A DNA stretch of 64,000 nt, from assembly GCA_965217865.1 (NCBI GenBank), contig CBDCJO010000001.1, forward strand, positions 480,001 to 544,000, read 5' to 3'. The stretch comes from Candidatus Latescibacterota bacterium. Its GTDB lineage: Bacteria; Latescibacterota; UBA2968; SICM01. Positions within the stretch are counted from its first letter, which is position 1. The number at the start of each line of letters is the position of its first letter. The position numbers were made by a program, and so were the translations under genes. Below, piece after piece: positions 10,849 to 19,939 of this stretch. Below the pieces are notes generated by a model. The model made no database searches. It saw only the letters and a list, made by a program, of their open reading frames with translations, and was not told the origin of the DNA.

Positions 10849-11373
10849 TCACGCGCCCTCAAGCGATTGCGTCGATGAAGGCCCCTTTTTCGCCTTGGTT
10901 TGAAACGACAATTGGCCGTATTGACCCCCATAAAAAATCAGGGGATTTCCCCTCTGCGCTTCCCCTTCAATCGGTTCACCGAAGAAAATGTTGTGGTCGC
11001 CACCGGAAAGCACCTTAACAATTCTACACTCGACAAACGCGAGGGCTTCCGTCAGGATGGGCGCACCGGTTTTTCCGTTTTTTAACCCAAGCCCATCGAA
11101 ATTCTTGGGGCTTGAAGAGGAAAATCGGCGCGATATACTTTCTTGATCATCCCTCAAGACATTTAATGCGAAACACATGCCCTTTTTCAGGCAGTCGTCC
11201 ATCCGGCTGCTAGAATTCACCGAGATCAGGATCAGCGGGGGATCGAGCGACAGAGACATCACCGCGTTGGCCGTCATGCCCCAGAGTTGATCTCCGGCCT
11301 TTGTCGTCACGACAGTGACACCGGTCGCAAAGTGCCCCATGATCTTCCTTTGAAGCATCGGATCAAACGTCAT
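10849..11373 (-). CDS. flavin reductase family protein (HpaC/RutF-like)
   Basis: MGHFATGVTVVT, GMTANAVMSLSLDPPLIL, GGDHNIFFGE, PLIFYGG. Confidence 0.93.
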   Translation of the reverse strand: MTFDPMLQRKIMGHFATGVTVVTTKAGDQLWGMTANAVMSLSLDPPLILISVNSSSRMDDCLKKGMCFALNVLRDDQESISRRFSSSSPKNFDGLGLKNGKTGAPILTEALAFVECRIVKVLSGGDHNIFFGEPIEGEAQRGNPLIFYGGQYGQLSFQTKAKKGPSSTQSLEGA

Positions 11374-11391
11374 GGTCGGACCTCATATCGA

Positions 11392-12468
11392 TCAAATCTC
11401 CGGCATGTTAGGGACGATCTCTTTTGCCAGCAACTCCATTGAGCGAACCCATCTTGATTTGTCATCCCAGTCGTGTGCGATCATCAGCAAGGTTCCGAAG
11501 CCCCCCGTGGTGTCCCACACTTCCCGCAATTGACGAAGGCACGCCTTCGAATCACCGATGATGCAGAGGTTCTCCAGGACATAATCCAGGGTGACTTCAT
11601 CGTCTGGCATATCCGGATGAACCTTCATCAAGTGCAGCATATCCAAGGATTTGAGGATGGCGATCAGATAGATGAACGATCTCCCGAAAGTTCCGTTCCG
11701 TGCGCGGTTCCAGGCCTCATCGTTCGACTCGCCCACGCAGATACTGCGCGACACCCGCCAGTTGGCTCGGGAGGGGGCAGGTTGGCCTCCCTCCTCCGCC
11801 CCGGCGCAGTAAGTCCTCCAGTGTTCGCGTACCGTGCCGGCGGGAACCAGGTTTGTACTGATAGGCATATAACCTCGCTGACCGGCCATCCTCCCGGCCA
11901 TGGAATCCCCCTTAATAACGCTCATCCCGATCGGTGGATGTGGGCGTTGGTACGGCTTGAGCATCTTACCGATTCCGAGTTCGGGATTCGGGTTCTCGAT
12001 CTTGATGTGCCAGAACTTCCCTTTGAAGTCGAAAGGGGCATCCGTCTGCCACAACTTGAATATCATGTCGATCCCCTCCACGGTCATCAGACCTTGCGTC
12101 TTGGGGTCGGGAAGATCGAACAAACCCCAGTCCGTCGGCACCCCCCCCTGCCCGAACCCGCAATTCAAACGCCCCCGGGAGAGGTGATCCAGAAACGCGA
12201 GGCGAACGGCGATGTTGGCCGGATGGTGCTGGGGGACGATCGAAACGCCAGTACCGAACCGGACATTTTTCGTGCGCGGCAAGACGTTTGCGATAAAGAC
12301 ATCGTTGGAGGGGATGGGCTCCCAGGCCACGGTGTGATGCTGGCCGACCCAGACCTCGGAGAAACCGAGCTCATCCGCACGAACCACCAGCTCGATGTCC
12401 TCTTCGAAACACTGCGTCCTGTCCTTCTCCGGAGGATGCAGGGGCATCATGAACATCCCAAGGTTCAT
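11392..12468 (-). CDS. LLM-class (luciferase-like) flavin-dependent monooxygenase
   Basis: LGMFMMPLHPP, ADELGFSEVWVGQHH, LDHLSRGRL, KPYQRPHPPI; paired with the flavin reductase. Confidence 0.92.
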   Translation of the reverse strand: MNLGMFMMPLHPPEKDRTQCFEEDIELVVRADELGFSEVWVGQHHTVAWEPIPSNDVFIANVLPRTKNVRFGTGVSIVPQHHPANIAVRLAFLDHLSRGRLNCGFGQGGVPTDWGLFDLPDPKTQGLMTVEGIDMIFKLWQTDAPFDFKGKFWHIKIENPNPELGIGKMLKPYQRPHPPIGMSVIKGDSMAGRMAGQRGYMPISTNLVPAGTVREHWRTYCAGAEEGGQPAPSRANWRVSRSICVGESNDEAWNRARNGTFGRSFIYLIAILKSLDMLHLMKVHPDMPDDEVTLDYVLENLCIIGDSKACLRQLREVWDTTGGFGTLLMIAHDWDDKSRWVRSMELLAKEIVPNMPEI

Positions 12469-12547
12469 TGGATTTCCTCCTCACGCATCAAGCCTGTCTT
12501 CCGCTAAGACAGGTAGGCAAGCAATCTCCCGATCCACCGTGAATGAC

Positions 12548-13519
12548 TCACGGTTCACGCTCACGATCCACTGCCCTCTCCCCACCTTCTTGGACCGCTT
12601 CAGCGGTCAACATAGACCCAAGCCCGTCCTTGAGGTTCGGTCGAAAACCTCGACCGCTTCGGATGGATTCAATGAAGGCTGCAGTTTCGCCCAGGGAGCC
12701 GTTATCCAAAGTCGGTTCACGGTCTTCGGGGGGCCGCCAGGACATGGCAAGATCCCCTCCTTCGTAAATCCGGACACGACACTTCAGTGTGTCGACCTGA
12801 ATCGAGAAATCCGATCCGAGGATCTCATAGGTCTCTTCGATCGCCCCCACCTGCGGAGCGATGATCAGATCCGCGGTCCGGCCATCTGAAAAAAAGAGAC
12901 TAGCGTCGTAAAGGTAACTTCCGTCATCCCCCGATAGGGCCTTGTGCGTAACGACCCGTTCAGGACAGTTAAGCATTGAGATCACGGTATCGATCGCATG
13001 GATGCCGGTTATGGTAACAAAGTCCGGTTCCGGCCGCGCGTGCCGCAGCATTCGAGAGATCACAAGCTGGATCTTGTGATTCCCTTGAGCCAGCCAATCT
13101 CGAGCTCTGGCCAGTGCTGGATTGAATCGCCTGTTGAAAGAGACCATATGAGGGGTTTGGTGTGCTTCCGCGATTTTCAACAGGCGTTTGGTTTCTTCTG
13201 AGCTTCTTCCGGGAGGTTTCTCCATTAAAATCGGGATACCCGTCACAAGAAGATCGCTCACGATCTCCGCGGTCAGCGGAATCGGTGTCACCGCAATGAT
13301 TCCGTCGAGCTTCTCTTTGGATAGCATGTCCTCCTGATCGCGGTAGACTTTGCCGAAACCGAATTTTGTGGCGTAGCCTTTTGCGCGATCTTCATCCAGA
13401 TCGCAAACGGCTGCCAGTTCGATCTCGTTCGGGTTCTTCTCCTTAATACTCTTGAGAGAAGGGCCGTGATTGCTGCTCGAATGCCGTCCGGTCCCCAATA
13501 CCGCGAGACGTAACATCAT
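12548..13519 (-). CDS. Gfo/Idh/MocA family oxidoreductase
   Basis: LAVLGTG Rossmann start, MEKPPG, FNRRFNP, GIHAID. Confidence 0.9.
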   Translation of the reverse strand: MMLRLAVLGTGRHSSSNHGPSLKSIKEKNPNEIELAAVCDLDEDRAKGYATKFGFGKVYRDQEDMLSKEKLDGIIAVTPIPLTAEIVSDLLVTGIPILMEKPPGRSSEETKRLLKIAEAHQTPHMVSFNRRFNPALARARDWLAQGNHKIQLVISRMLRHARPEPDFVTITGIHAIDTVISMLNCPERVVTHKALSGDDGSYLYDASLFFSDGRTADLIIAPQVGAIEETYEILGSDFSIQVDTLKCRVRIYEGGDLAMSWRPPEDREPTLDNGSLGETAAFIESIRSGRGFRPNLKDGLGSMLTAEAVQEGGERAVDREREP

Positions 13520-13588
13520 AACCCTCCTGAAGACGGTCCTTAGTCCAAATTTGGGCCCGGCGTGGTTGACTCCGGACGCGAGACTTAT

Positions 13589-14593
13589 TTATCGGGGGAG
13601 TACGAGGCCTACACGATGTTTGATCTCCCGAACCTTCGGATCTGAGACGGCTCGGGCCTTCTCGGCTCCCCTCGCGAGTAAACGGTCCAGTTCGGCCTTG
13701 TCCTGCATCAACACCTTGTACCGCTCCCGGATGGGGGCCAACGCTGCGATCACAACCTCCGCTACGTCCTTTTTTAGGTCCCCGTAACCTGATGCCTTCT
13801 CAAAATCCCCTTCAACCGCATCCCGGCTTTTTCCAGTGACCGCCCCGTAGATCTCCAAGAGATTGTTTACCCCTGCCTTTGCCGGATCGCCGGAAAATCG
13901 GATTTCACTTCCCGAATCGGTTACGGCACGTTTGAAAGAACGTTCGATCTCTTTCGGTTCATCCACCATTAATACGGCGTGGCCCCTCACGTGGGCCTCG
14001 CTCTTCGACATCTTCACCGTCGGATCATCAAGCCCCATGATACGGGCCCCCGTCTTCGGGATGACCGGCTCCGGTACGGTGAAGGTATTCCCGTAAATCC
14101 GGTTAAAGCGCTGTGCGATATCCCTCGCGAGCTCCACGTGTTGCTTCTGGTCATCCCCGACCGGGACCTCGTTGGAATCGTAGACGAGAATATCGCTGGC
14201 CATAAGGACCGGGTAGTCAAGCAGGCCCGCCAAAACACTCTCCTGCTTTGAGGCTTTATCCTTGTACTGCGTCATCCGTTCCAGCCACCCCTGTGGGGTG
14301 ACGCAATTCAGTATCCAGCAGGCCTCGGCGTGTGCCGCCACGTGACTCTGGATGAAAACCGTGCTTTTTTCGGGATCGAGACCCGCGGCGAACAGCATCG
14401 CCCCCAGGGAACGCACTTCGTTCCTCAAGGCCTCCGGATCCTGGGGGACGGTTAGCGTATGGAGGTCCACAATACAGAAAAAATTAACCTTCTCTTCCTG
14501 CCTTTCAACCCAACCCTTGACCGCACCGAGGTAGTTCCCCAGGTGCATATCCCCGGAGGGCTGGATTCCGCTCAACACCCTTTTCTTTTCCAT
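13589..14593 (-). CDS. trpS: tryptophan--tRNA ligase
   Basis: SGIQPSGDMHLGNYLG (HIGH), VPVGDDQKQH, KMSKS. Confidence 0.98.
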   Translation of the reverse strand: MEKKRVLSGIQPSGDMHLGNYLGAVKGWVERQEEKVNFFCIVDLHTLTVPQDPEALRNEVRSLGAMLFAAGLDPEKSTVFIQSHVAAHAEACWILNCVTPQGWLERMTQYKDKASKQESVLAGLLDYPVLMASDILVYDSNEVPVGDDQKQHVELARDIAQRFNRIYGNTFTVPEPVIPKTGARIMGLDDPTVKMSKSEAHVRGHAVLMVDEPKEIERSFKRAVTDSGSEIRFSGDPAKAGVNNLLEIYGAVTGKSRDAVEGDFEKASGYGDLKKDVAEVVIAALAPIRERYKVLMQDKAELDRLLARGAEKARAVSDPKVREIKHRVGLVLPR

Positions 14594-14680
14594 TCAATTC
14601 CCGTGTGAAGCGTAGGACATCCGCACGTTCCAAGTTCTTTCTCAACCCCAGTTTCTTTGAATCTGGAACAACGCTTAGGC

Positions 14681-14914
14681 TTAAGGATCTTCCTTTTTCA
14701 TTCGTTTCCGGTCGTATTTTTTCCGATCCTCGTGTTTTTTCGTAGGCTTGGGTACCGGCACCCGAATCTTTGGGACCCGGCGTTTTTCTTTCCCGCCCGC
14801 TTTCAACGGATTCTCCTGTCCTTTGCGATTACCAGGCCGTCCAACCCCCATCCACAAGCAGATTTTGTCCGGTGATATAACTCCCCGCATCGCTTGCGAG
14901 CAACAGAACCACAC
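14681..14914 (-). CDS. small basic hypothetical protein
   Basis: Lys/Arg-rich C-terminus RVPVPKPTKKHEDRKKYDRKRMKK; fills the gap between the SDR and trpS on the same strand; start uncertain. Confidence 0.4.
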   Translation of the reverse strand: MWFCCSQAMRGVISPDKICLWMGVGRPGNRKGQENPLKAGGKEKRRVPKIRVPVPKPTKKHEDRKKYDRKRMKKEDP

Positions 14915-15632
14915 CCTTCAGTTCTTCCGGGTCTCCCATCCGGTTCAACGGAACCTTCTCTTCAAGTCGGGAAATTAATTCGGACAGGGTTTTCCTCTGC
15001 TCCGCCCTCGGAAATGCACCCGGGCTGATTGCATTGACCCGGATGTTATACTTCGCCCAGTAGGCCGCCAGATGGCGGGTCAGGTGGATCAGTCCCCCCT
15101 TAAGACTGTGATAAGCGGGTGGACTGTTGAAGGGAACACCTTCGTATGCGCTGGGGTAGCTGGCCACCACGCCGTACATGCTCGCGATATTGATGATCGA
15201 GCCCGGGGCTTCCCGCTCTCTCAGGTGAAACATCACCTCCCGAGCAAGGAGAAAATAGGCCGTGACCCCCACGTGGTATGCCTGGTCAAAATCTCCCGCG
15301 GTGGCACTATCGATGTCTGGCGCAGGTGCGCCATAGGCATTGTTGACCAGAATGTCGATCCGCCCTAGACGCTCTACCACATCTCTCACCAGATTCGGAA
15401 TCGTGTCGGTATCTCCCTGTTTGAATTGGACCCCCAAGTGCCCATTCCCGGGCAGGGAATCGGCGAATTCCGAAGCCCGTCCTTCATCACGACTGGTCAC
15501 GACCATCTTGGCACCTGCTTCGGCCAGGGCCCTGCTCATCGCGGAGCCAAGCCAGCCGGCGGCACCCGTCACGATCGCGACCCTGTCCTTCAAGCTGAAG
15601 AGATCCAGGACATTGCGCTCCGATTGGTTCAT
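14829..15632 (-). CDS. SDR family oxidoreductase
   Basis: TGAAGWLG, LVNNA, NIASMYG, YHSLKGG (YxxxK), NAISPG, VDGG. Confidence 0.93.
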   Translation of the reverse strand: MNQSERNVLDLFSLKDRVAIVTGAAGWLGSAMSRALAEAGAKMVVTSRDEGRASEFADSLPGNGHLGVQFKQGDTDTIPNLVRDVVERLGRIDILVNNAYGAPAPDIDSATAGDFDQAYHVGVTAYFLLAREVMFHLREREAPGSIINIASMYGVVASYPSAYEGVPFNSPPAYHSLKGGLIHLTRHLAAYWAKYNIRVNAISPGAFPRAEQRKTLSELISRLEEKVPLNRMGDPEELKGVVLLLASDAGSYITGQNLLVDGGWTAW

Positions 15633-15695
15633 GAGAGGACTCCTGAGACAGTTGAAGGAATTTTGATTAAAATAATTTACCAGATCATCTACGCA

Positions 15696-15724
15696 ATCAT
15701 AACCATCATAGAATTAACTGTCAA
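15696..15724 (-). promoter_or_regulatory. sigma-70 promoter for the SDR gene
   Basis: Minus strand TTGACA-17 bp-TATGAT about 60 bp upstream of the start. Confidence 0.6.
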
Positions 15725-15784
15725 GCAGAAAGGATACGTAAATCGTGTCGGGACCTAAAAAGTCGGTTAAGCGTTGGGGGATAG

Positions 15785-15823
15785 AAAAAATATGGGCCGT
15801 CCTTCCTGGAAGGCCGGCCCATA
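15785..15823 (-). terminator. intrinsic terminator after the secreted-protein gene
   Basis: Interrupted stem TATGGGCC..CCTTCC/GGAAGG..GGCCCATA followed by T6 on the minus strand. Confidence 0.6.
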
Positions 15824-15849
15824 AGCTCGATTAACACCGTACGGGAATC

Positions 15850-17053
15850 CTACCTCAAAAGCATCATCTTTCGTGTTTGGACAGACCCTTGAGCGGTCAG
15901 ACGGTAGAAATAGATTCCGGATGCAGCTGAACGTCCCCTCTCATCCCGGCCGTCCCAGGTCACCACGTGGTGACCGGATGCCCGGTGCCCATCGACGACG
16001 GTCCGAACCCGCTGGCCGAGAAGATTGTAGATCGCGAGACGGACCGAACCCTCTCTCGATACGAAGAAACCGATCTGCGTGGCAGGGTTGAACGGGTTAG
16101 GAACATTCTGAAAGAGGTCCGTCTTTTGCATCCCGACAGGATCCACTGTAAATCCGTTTTCGAGGATGCGAAGCACCCCGTCTGTACCCAGAAGGGCCAC
16201 CATCCTAGGTGTGATCCTGTTTTCCCAACCTTCTTCCAGCCCCTCGAAATACAGCGTGATCGATATCGGCCCGTCCGGTCACCAAGATTTCCCCAGGGGT
16301 TGAAGAAACTATCGGGTCGGACCCGGCTGCCCGTTTAAACTTTAATTCGTTCGTATAATCCACTTTCACGGCATAACCTGCCAGTTCCGACGCTTCCACG
16401 GCCATTCGCACTGCGATCAGCCCCGGTGGGGCTTCGACCCTTTGAAATGAGACCCTGCCAGAATCGTGTTCCAGAGCGGGTTTTCCAGCCTTTTCCTCGC
16501 CTTTGTTGAACGCATCCACAAAAGCGAAGAAATCCTCTAAATCGACCTGCCCGTTCAAGTTAAGGTCGAGGGCTTCATTGAAATGTTGAGAATCCTCCCG
16601 TAGACCGAATCCCTGAGCAAAAGTGAACATATCTTCCAGATCGACGTCACCATCACCATTCAAATCAGCCGGTGAACGGTGTGCGAGTCCGAGGATCAGG
16701 AAAGTGACTGTGTTTCCCCCGTCAATCTCGATAACCTGGGCTTTGTCCGGTTGCCGGGTATCGTCGTAGAACTCTCCGATATAGTGAGGGGCCTCCGCCT
16801 TCAGGAGGTATTTGCCGTCTCGAAGGCCATCCACCCGGAAACCACCGTTGGCCTCCACCCGGCTGGTGCCCCCGCCACCGCCCAGAAGCTGAGCGGTTAC
16901 CGTCCCACCTCTTACGGGGCTGCCGTCGCCATCCCCAAGCACAAAGCCTTCGATGGCACCGCCCTTCATTAGAACGAAATCGATTCCCACCGTTTTTTCC
17001 CCCTCCGTAACTGAGATGGGACTCGCCTGATCTGCGGATTCCGCATCCGCCTC
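15850..17053 (-). pseudogene. C-terminal fragment of a large secreted protein (carboxypeptidase-regulatory-like repeat, dockerin/EF-hand-like, FlgD Ig-like sorting domain), headless and frameshifted
   Basis: ORF 16205-16990 (DLNGDGDVDLED, DLNLNGQVDLEDF) stays open upstream to about 17053 with no start; frame change near 16260 into ORF 15850-16203 (QNVPNPFNPAT, WDGRDE.G...SGIYFYRL, TRKMMLLR). Confidence 0.8.
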
Positions 17054-17150
17054 TTACTGTTTCCACAAAATCCCTGAACATCCTATAACATTTTGAGCCA
17101 CAAAAAGATATTAATCAAAATAGTGATTGGAAGGGCTTGTGTAATTCGTT

Positions 17151-17189
17151 ATATTCCCCTTATCTATGGGGGGAATAGATAGGGGAATA
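17151..17189. promoter_or_regulatory. putative integrase arm-binding repeats / inverted repeat upstream of int
   Basis: TATTCCCCT(T)ATCTAT...ATAGATAGGGGAATA inverted repeat with tandem GGGGAATA copies, as often seen upstream of P4-type integrases. Confidence 0.5.
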
Positions 17190-17222
17190 AAACGCAACAA
17201 TACAAGAAGGGAGGTATCGAAA

Positions 17223-18404
17223 ATGAAGTATAAGGTGCTGAGCGCAGCCTTTGTCCGAACGGTGAAGAAGCCGGGCAGGTACGGCGACGGGCACGGGCTC
17301 TATCTGCTTGTCACGCCGACCGGGGCGCGCTGCTGGGTGCAGAGGTTGGTGATTCGCGGACGGCGGCGCGAGCTTGGCCTGGGCGGCTTTCCCCTCGTCA
17401 CGCTGGCCGAAGCCCGCGAGAAGGCTTTTGACAACCGCAGGCTGGCCCGCTCGGGCGGCGATCCGCTCACTGAGAAGCGCAAGGATCAAGGCATGCCCAC
17501 GTTCGAGGAAGCCGCCGCGAGGGTGATAGAAATCAACAGGCCTTCCTGGAAGAACGGCGGCAGGAGCGAGGCGCAATGGGAATCGTCACTTCGCGATTAC
17601 GTGTTCCTGCGCCTGGGCAAGTGTACGGTGTCGGAGATAACGACGGCTGACGTGCTGGAGGTCTTGACTCCGATATGGGCAACAAAGAACGTGACCGCCC
17701 GCCGGGTGCGGCAACGGATCGGCGTGGTGATGAAGTGGGCCATGGCCCAAGGCTTGCGGCAAGACAACCCCGCCGGTGATGCCATAAATGCAGCATTGCC
17801 TCGGAACGGATTAGCCAAGAAACACATGAAGGCGCTTCCCCATGGCGAGGTCACGGGCGCAGTGGAAGCCGTGCGCAATTCAGAATGTTCCATGGTCGAG
17901 AAGCTGGCCTTCGAGTTTCTGGTATTAACGGCGTGCCGTTCGGGCGAGGTCTGCCTGGCCCGGTGGGACGAAATCGACCTGGAAGCCCGCGAGTGGAACA
18001 TTCCCGGCGAGCGCATGAAGGCGAAGCGGCCGCACAGGGTGCCGCTGTCCGGGCGGGCGCTGGAAGTCCTGAATGAAGCGCGGGCTCTATCCCGGGAGGA
18101 TGGGACCGGTCCGGTGTTTCCAAGCACCATAAACGGCAAGCCACTATCGGGCATGTCGAAGATGTTGCGGGTTTTGAACATCAAAGCCGTGCCTCACGGG
18201 TTCCGGTCAAGCTTTCGGGATTGGGCTTCCGAGCAGACGAATCATCCACGCGAGGTCATGGAAGCGGTGCTGGCGCACGTCGTGGACAACCAGACCGAAG
18301 CAGCCTACGCGCGTTCGGACCTGTTCGAGCATCGCCGCAAACTCATGGACGGTTGGGCGGCCTACCTGAACGCCGGCACTGAAGGAGGAACGTCCCGTGG
18401 ATGA
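17223..18404 (+). CDS. P4-family tyrosine integrase with N-terminal arm-binding domain
   Basis: PGRYGDGHGLYL, LGGFPLVTLAEARE; catalytic residues TACRSGE, HGFRSSF, LAH, AAYARS; ATG 17223 preceded by GGAGG. Confidence 0.95.
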   Translation: MKYKVLSAAFVRTVKKPGRYGDGHGLYLLVTPTGARCWVQRLVIRGRRRELGLGGFPLVTLAEAREKAFDNRRLARSGGDPLTEKRKDQGMPTFEEAAARVIEINRPSWKNGGRSEAQWESSLRDYVFLRLGKCTVSEITTADVLEVLTPIWATKNVTARRVRQRIGVVMKWAMAQGLRQDNPAGDAINAALPRNGLAKKHMKALPHGEVTGAVEAVRNSECSMVEKLAFEFLVLTACRSGEVCLARWDEIDLEAREWNIPGERMKAKRPHRVPLSGRALEVLNEARALSREDGTGPVFPSTINGKPLSGMSKMLRVLNIKAVPHGFRSSFRDWASEQTNHPREVMEAVLAHVVDNQTEAAYARSDLFEHRRKLMDGWAAYLNAGTEGGTSRG

Positions 18405-19260
18405 TGAATCCCGCAAACAGGCGGCGGAAGAAGCATCGCATGCAGACGTTCTAACCTATATGTGGCTTTCCCGCAATTCGGATGCCTGCCTGGCGCTTTC
18501 AAAGGCGATCGCAGGATCTACAAAACATCAGATTTTATGGGAAAATCTGCAACACCTGCATCAGACCTTGAAGGAGCACAACCTTCCTATTCCGGGAGAG
18601 TTGTCGGATTGGGCAAATGATGTTGAGGCCGGCAAGCGCCAACCGCCGAACTGGATCGCCCGTGGAGCACCGCCGTCAGGCCTTCTAACCATTAGGTGGC
18701 TTTCCCGCCACTATTCGGATCCCGACCTGGCGCTCCGGACGTGGATCGCCGCATCTACAAAAAGTTGGATTGCATGGGAAAGTCTGCAACACCTGTTAAA
18801 GACCTTGAGGGAGCGCAAACTTCCTGTTCCGGAAGCATTGCATGAATGGGCATATGGCGTCGCTGACGGCAGTCGCCGACCGCCGAAGCGGAAGAGAGGA
18901 GGCGACGGTTTGCACGGTTTTCAAAACATCTTCCGTGACCTTTTCATTGTGCTGAGCGTTAAGGAGCTGCAAGTTTATGGGACACCCGCAACGTCCAACA
19001 AGATTTTGGAGGTTAAGGATGATCAGGGGCTGACAAAATACGAATTCTACAAGAAGTCCGCCTGCCGCATTGTAGGTTCATGGAGGGGCATGTCCTACGC
19101 GACGGTGTACAAGGTCTGGAACGCTTCCAAATGGGACGAACTTAAAGAAGCGTGGGGATTGTATTCCGGCGACCCTGCCGGGTTCCAGGCCTGGGCTATC
19201 GAGCAGAGCGCATACAGGAAACTTATCGCCCAGGAGAGTGATCTTCTGAATCTCCTATAG
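18397..19260 (+). CDS. hypothetical protein with an internally duplicated ~65-aa module
   Basis: Overlaps the int stop, AGGAGG SD; two similar W-rich repeats WLSR...WExLQHL..TL.E..LP.P..L..WA..V..G.R.PP. Confidence 0.75.
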   Translation: MDDESRKQAAEEASHADVLTYMWLSRNSDACLALSKAIAGSTKHQILWENLQHLHQTLKEHNLPIPGELSDWANDVEAGKRQPPNWIARGAPPSGLLTIRWLSRHYSDPDLALRTWIAASTKSWIAWESLQHLLKTLRERKLPVPEALHEWAYGVADGSRRPPKRKRGGDGLHGFQNIFRDLFIVLSVKELQVYGTPATSNKILEVKDDQGLTKYEFYKKSACRIVGSWRGMSYATVYKVWNASKWDELKEAWGLYSGDPAGFQAWAIEQSAYRKLIAQESDLLNLL

Positions 19261-19312
19261 GAGGTGGTGAACAACCCCCCGGCACAGTTGACATATCTGG
19301 ATGGTTTCGTTT

Positions 19313-19338
19313 GAGGGTAAAGTAATTACTTTACCCTC
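19313..19338. promoter_or_regulatory. perfect 26-bp palindrome upstream of alpA
   Basis: GAGGGTAAAGTAATTACTTTACCCTC equals its own reverse complement. Confidence 0.6.
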
Positions 19339-19490
19339 TTTTCTTTGCTCTTATCCTCCCTTCTTTGCCCTTATAGTATCTGGTGTTTGAAACGAATAAT
19401 ATTGGAGTCAATTGCGTTCTTGCAAGCGCTTCCACTTCTTAGGAAGGAAAGGGAGTCAACGCCAACCTGTAGCGAGGGAGGAAAACCGAG

Positions 19491-19706
19491 ATGGTCAATA
19501 GACTTCTACGCAGACCCGAGGTCGAAAAACTCACCGGTTTGAGCAGAGGCACGCTCTACACCAAAATGAACGAAGGGACGTTTCCGCGCCCGCGCCGCAT
19601 CGGCCGGCGTGCAGTAGCATGGACAGGGGCAGAGATAGAGCACTGGATTTCGATACAACCCAAAGCCGACCCGCGCGAAGTGTTCAACCCCGGGAGGACG
19701 GCCTAA
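19491..19706 (+). CDS. alpA: AlpA family phage regulator/excisionase
   Basis: LLRRPEVEKLTGLSRGTLY...GTFPRP..IG.RAVAW...EIEHWI. Confidence 0.92.
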   Translation: MVNRLLRRPEVEKLTGLSRGTLYTKMNEGTFPRPRRIGRRAVAWTGAEIEHWISIQPKADPREVFNPGRTA

Positions 19707-19708
19707 CC

Positions 19709-19939
19709 ATGAGCCTTCAGATCCTTGATCGGCTGAGAGGCGTCCGCAAGATCGGCGAGCGCCGATGGGAAGCTCAATGCCCGGCGCACAACGACAGGAC
19801 CCCATCCCTTTCCATCCGCGAGACTGACAACGGGAAAATTTTGATTCATTGTTTTGCGGGGTGCGGTTACGGGGCGATTCTCGCGGCCGTCTGCATGAAA
19901 CCTGGCGACCTGTTCCCGGACCGGAGGCCGTCTGCATGA
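19709..19939 (+). CDS. stand-alone primase zinc-binding (CHC2-type) domain
   Basis: CPAHNDRTPSLSI...IHCFAGC; ATG 19709 follows the alpA stop; ATGA overlap with the next gene. Confidence 0.85.
   Translation: MSLQILDRLRGVRKIGERRWEAQCPAHNDRTPSLSIRETDNGKILIHCFAGCGYGAILAAVCMKPGDLFPDRRPSA

Noticed and set aside
11473-12507. 344-aa + strand ORF
   Set aside because: Antisense shadow of the LLM monooxygenase; no recognisable motifs
17054-17150. tRNA/tmRNA integration site next to the integrase
   Set aside because: No T-loop GTTCGA/CCA-type tRNA 3' fragment is recognisable
18461-18890. Duplicated segment as a DGR template/variable repeat pair
   Set aside because: Differences are not adenine-specific, both copies are in one ORF, and no reverse transcriptase is present
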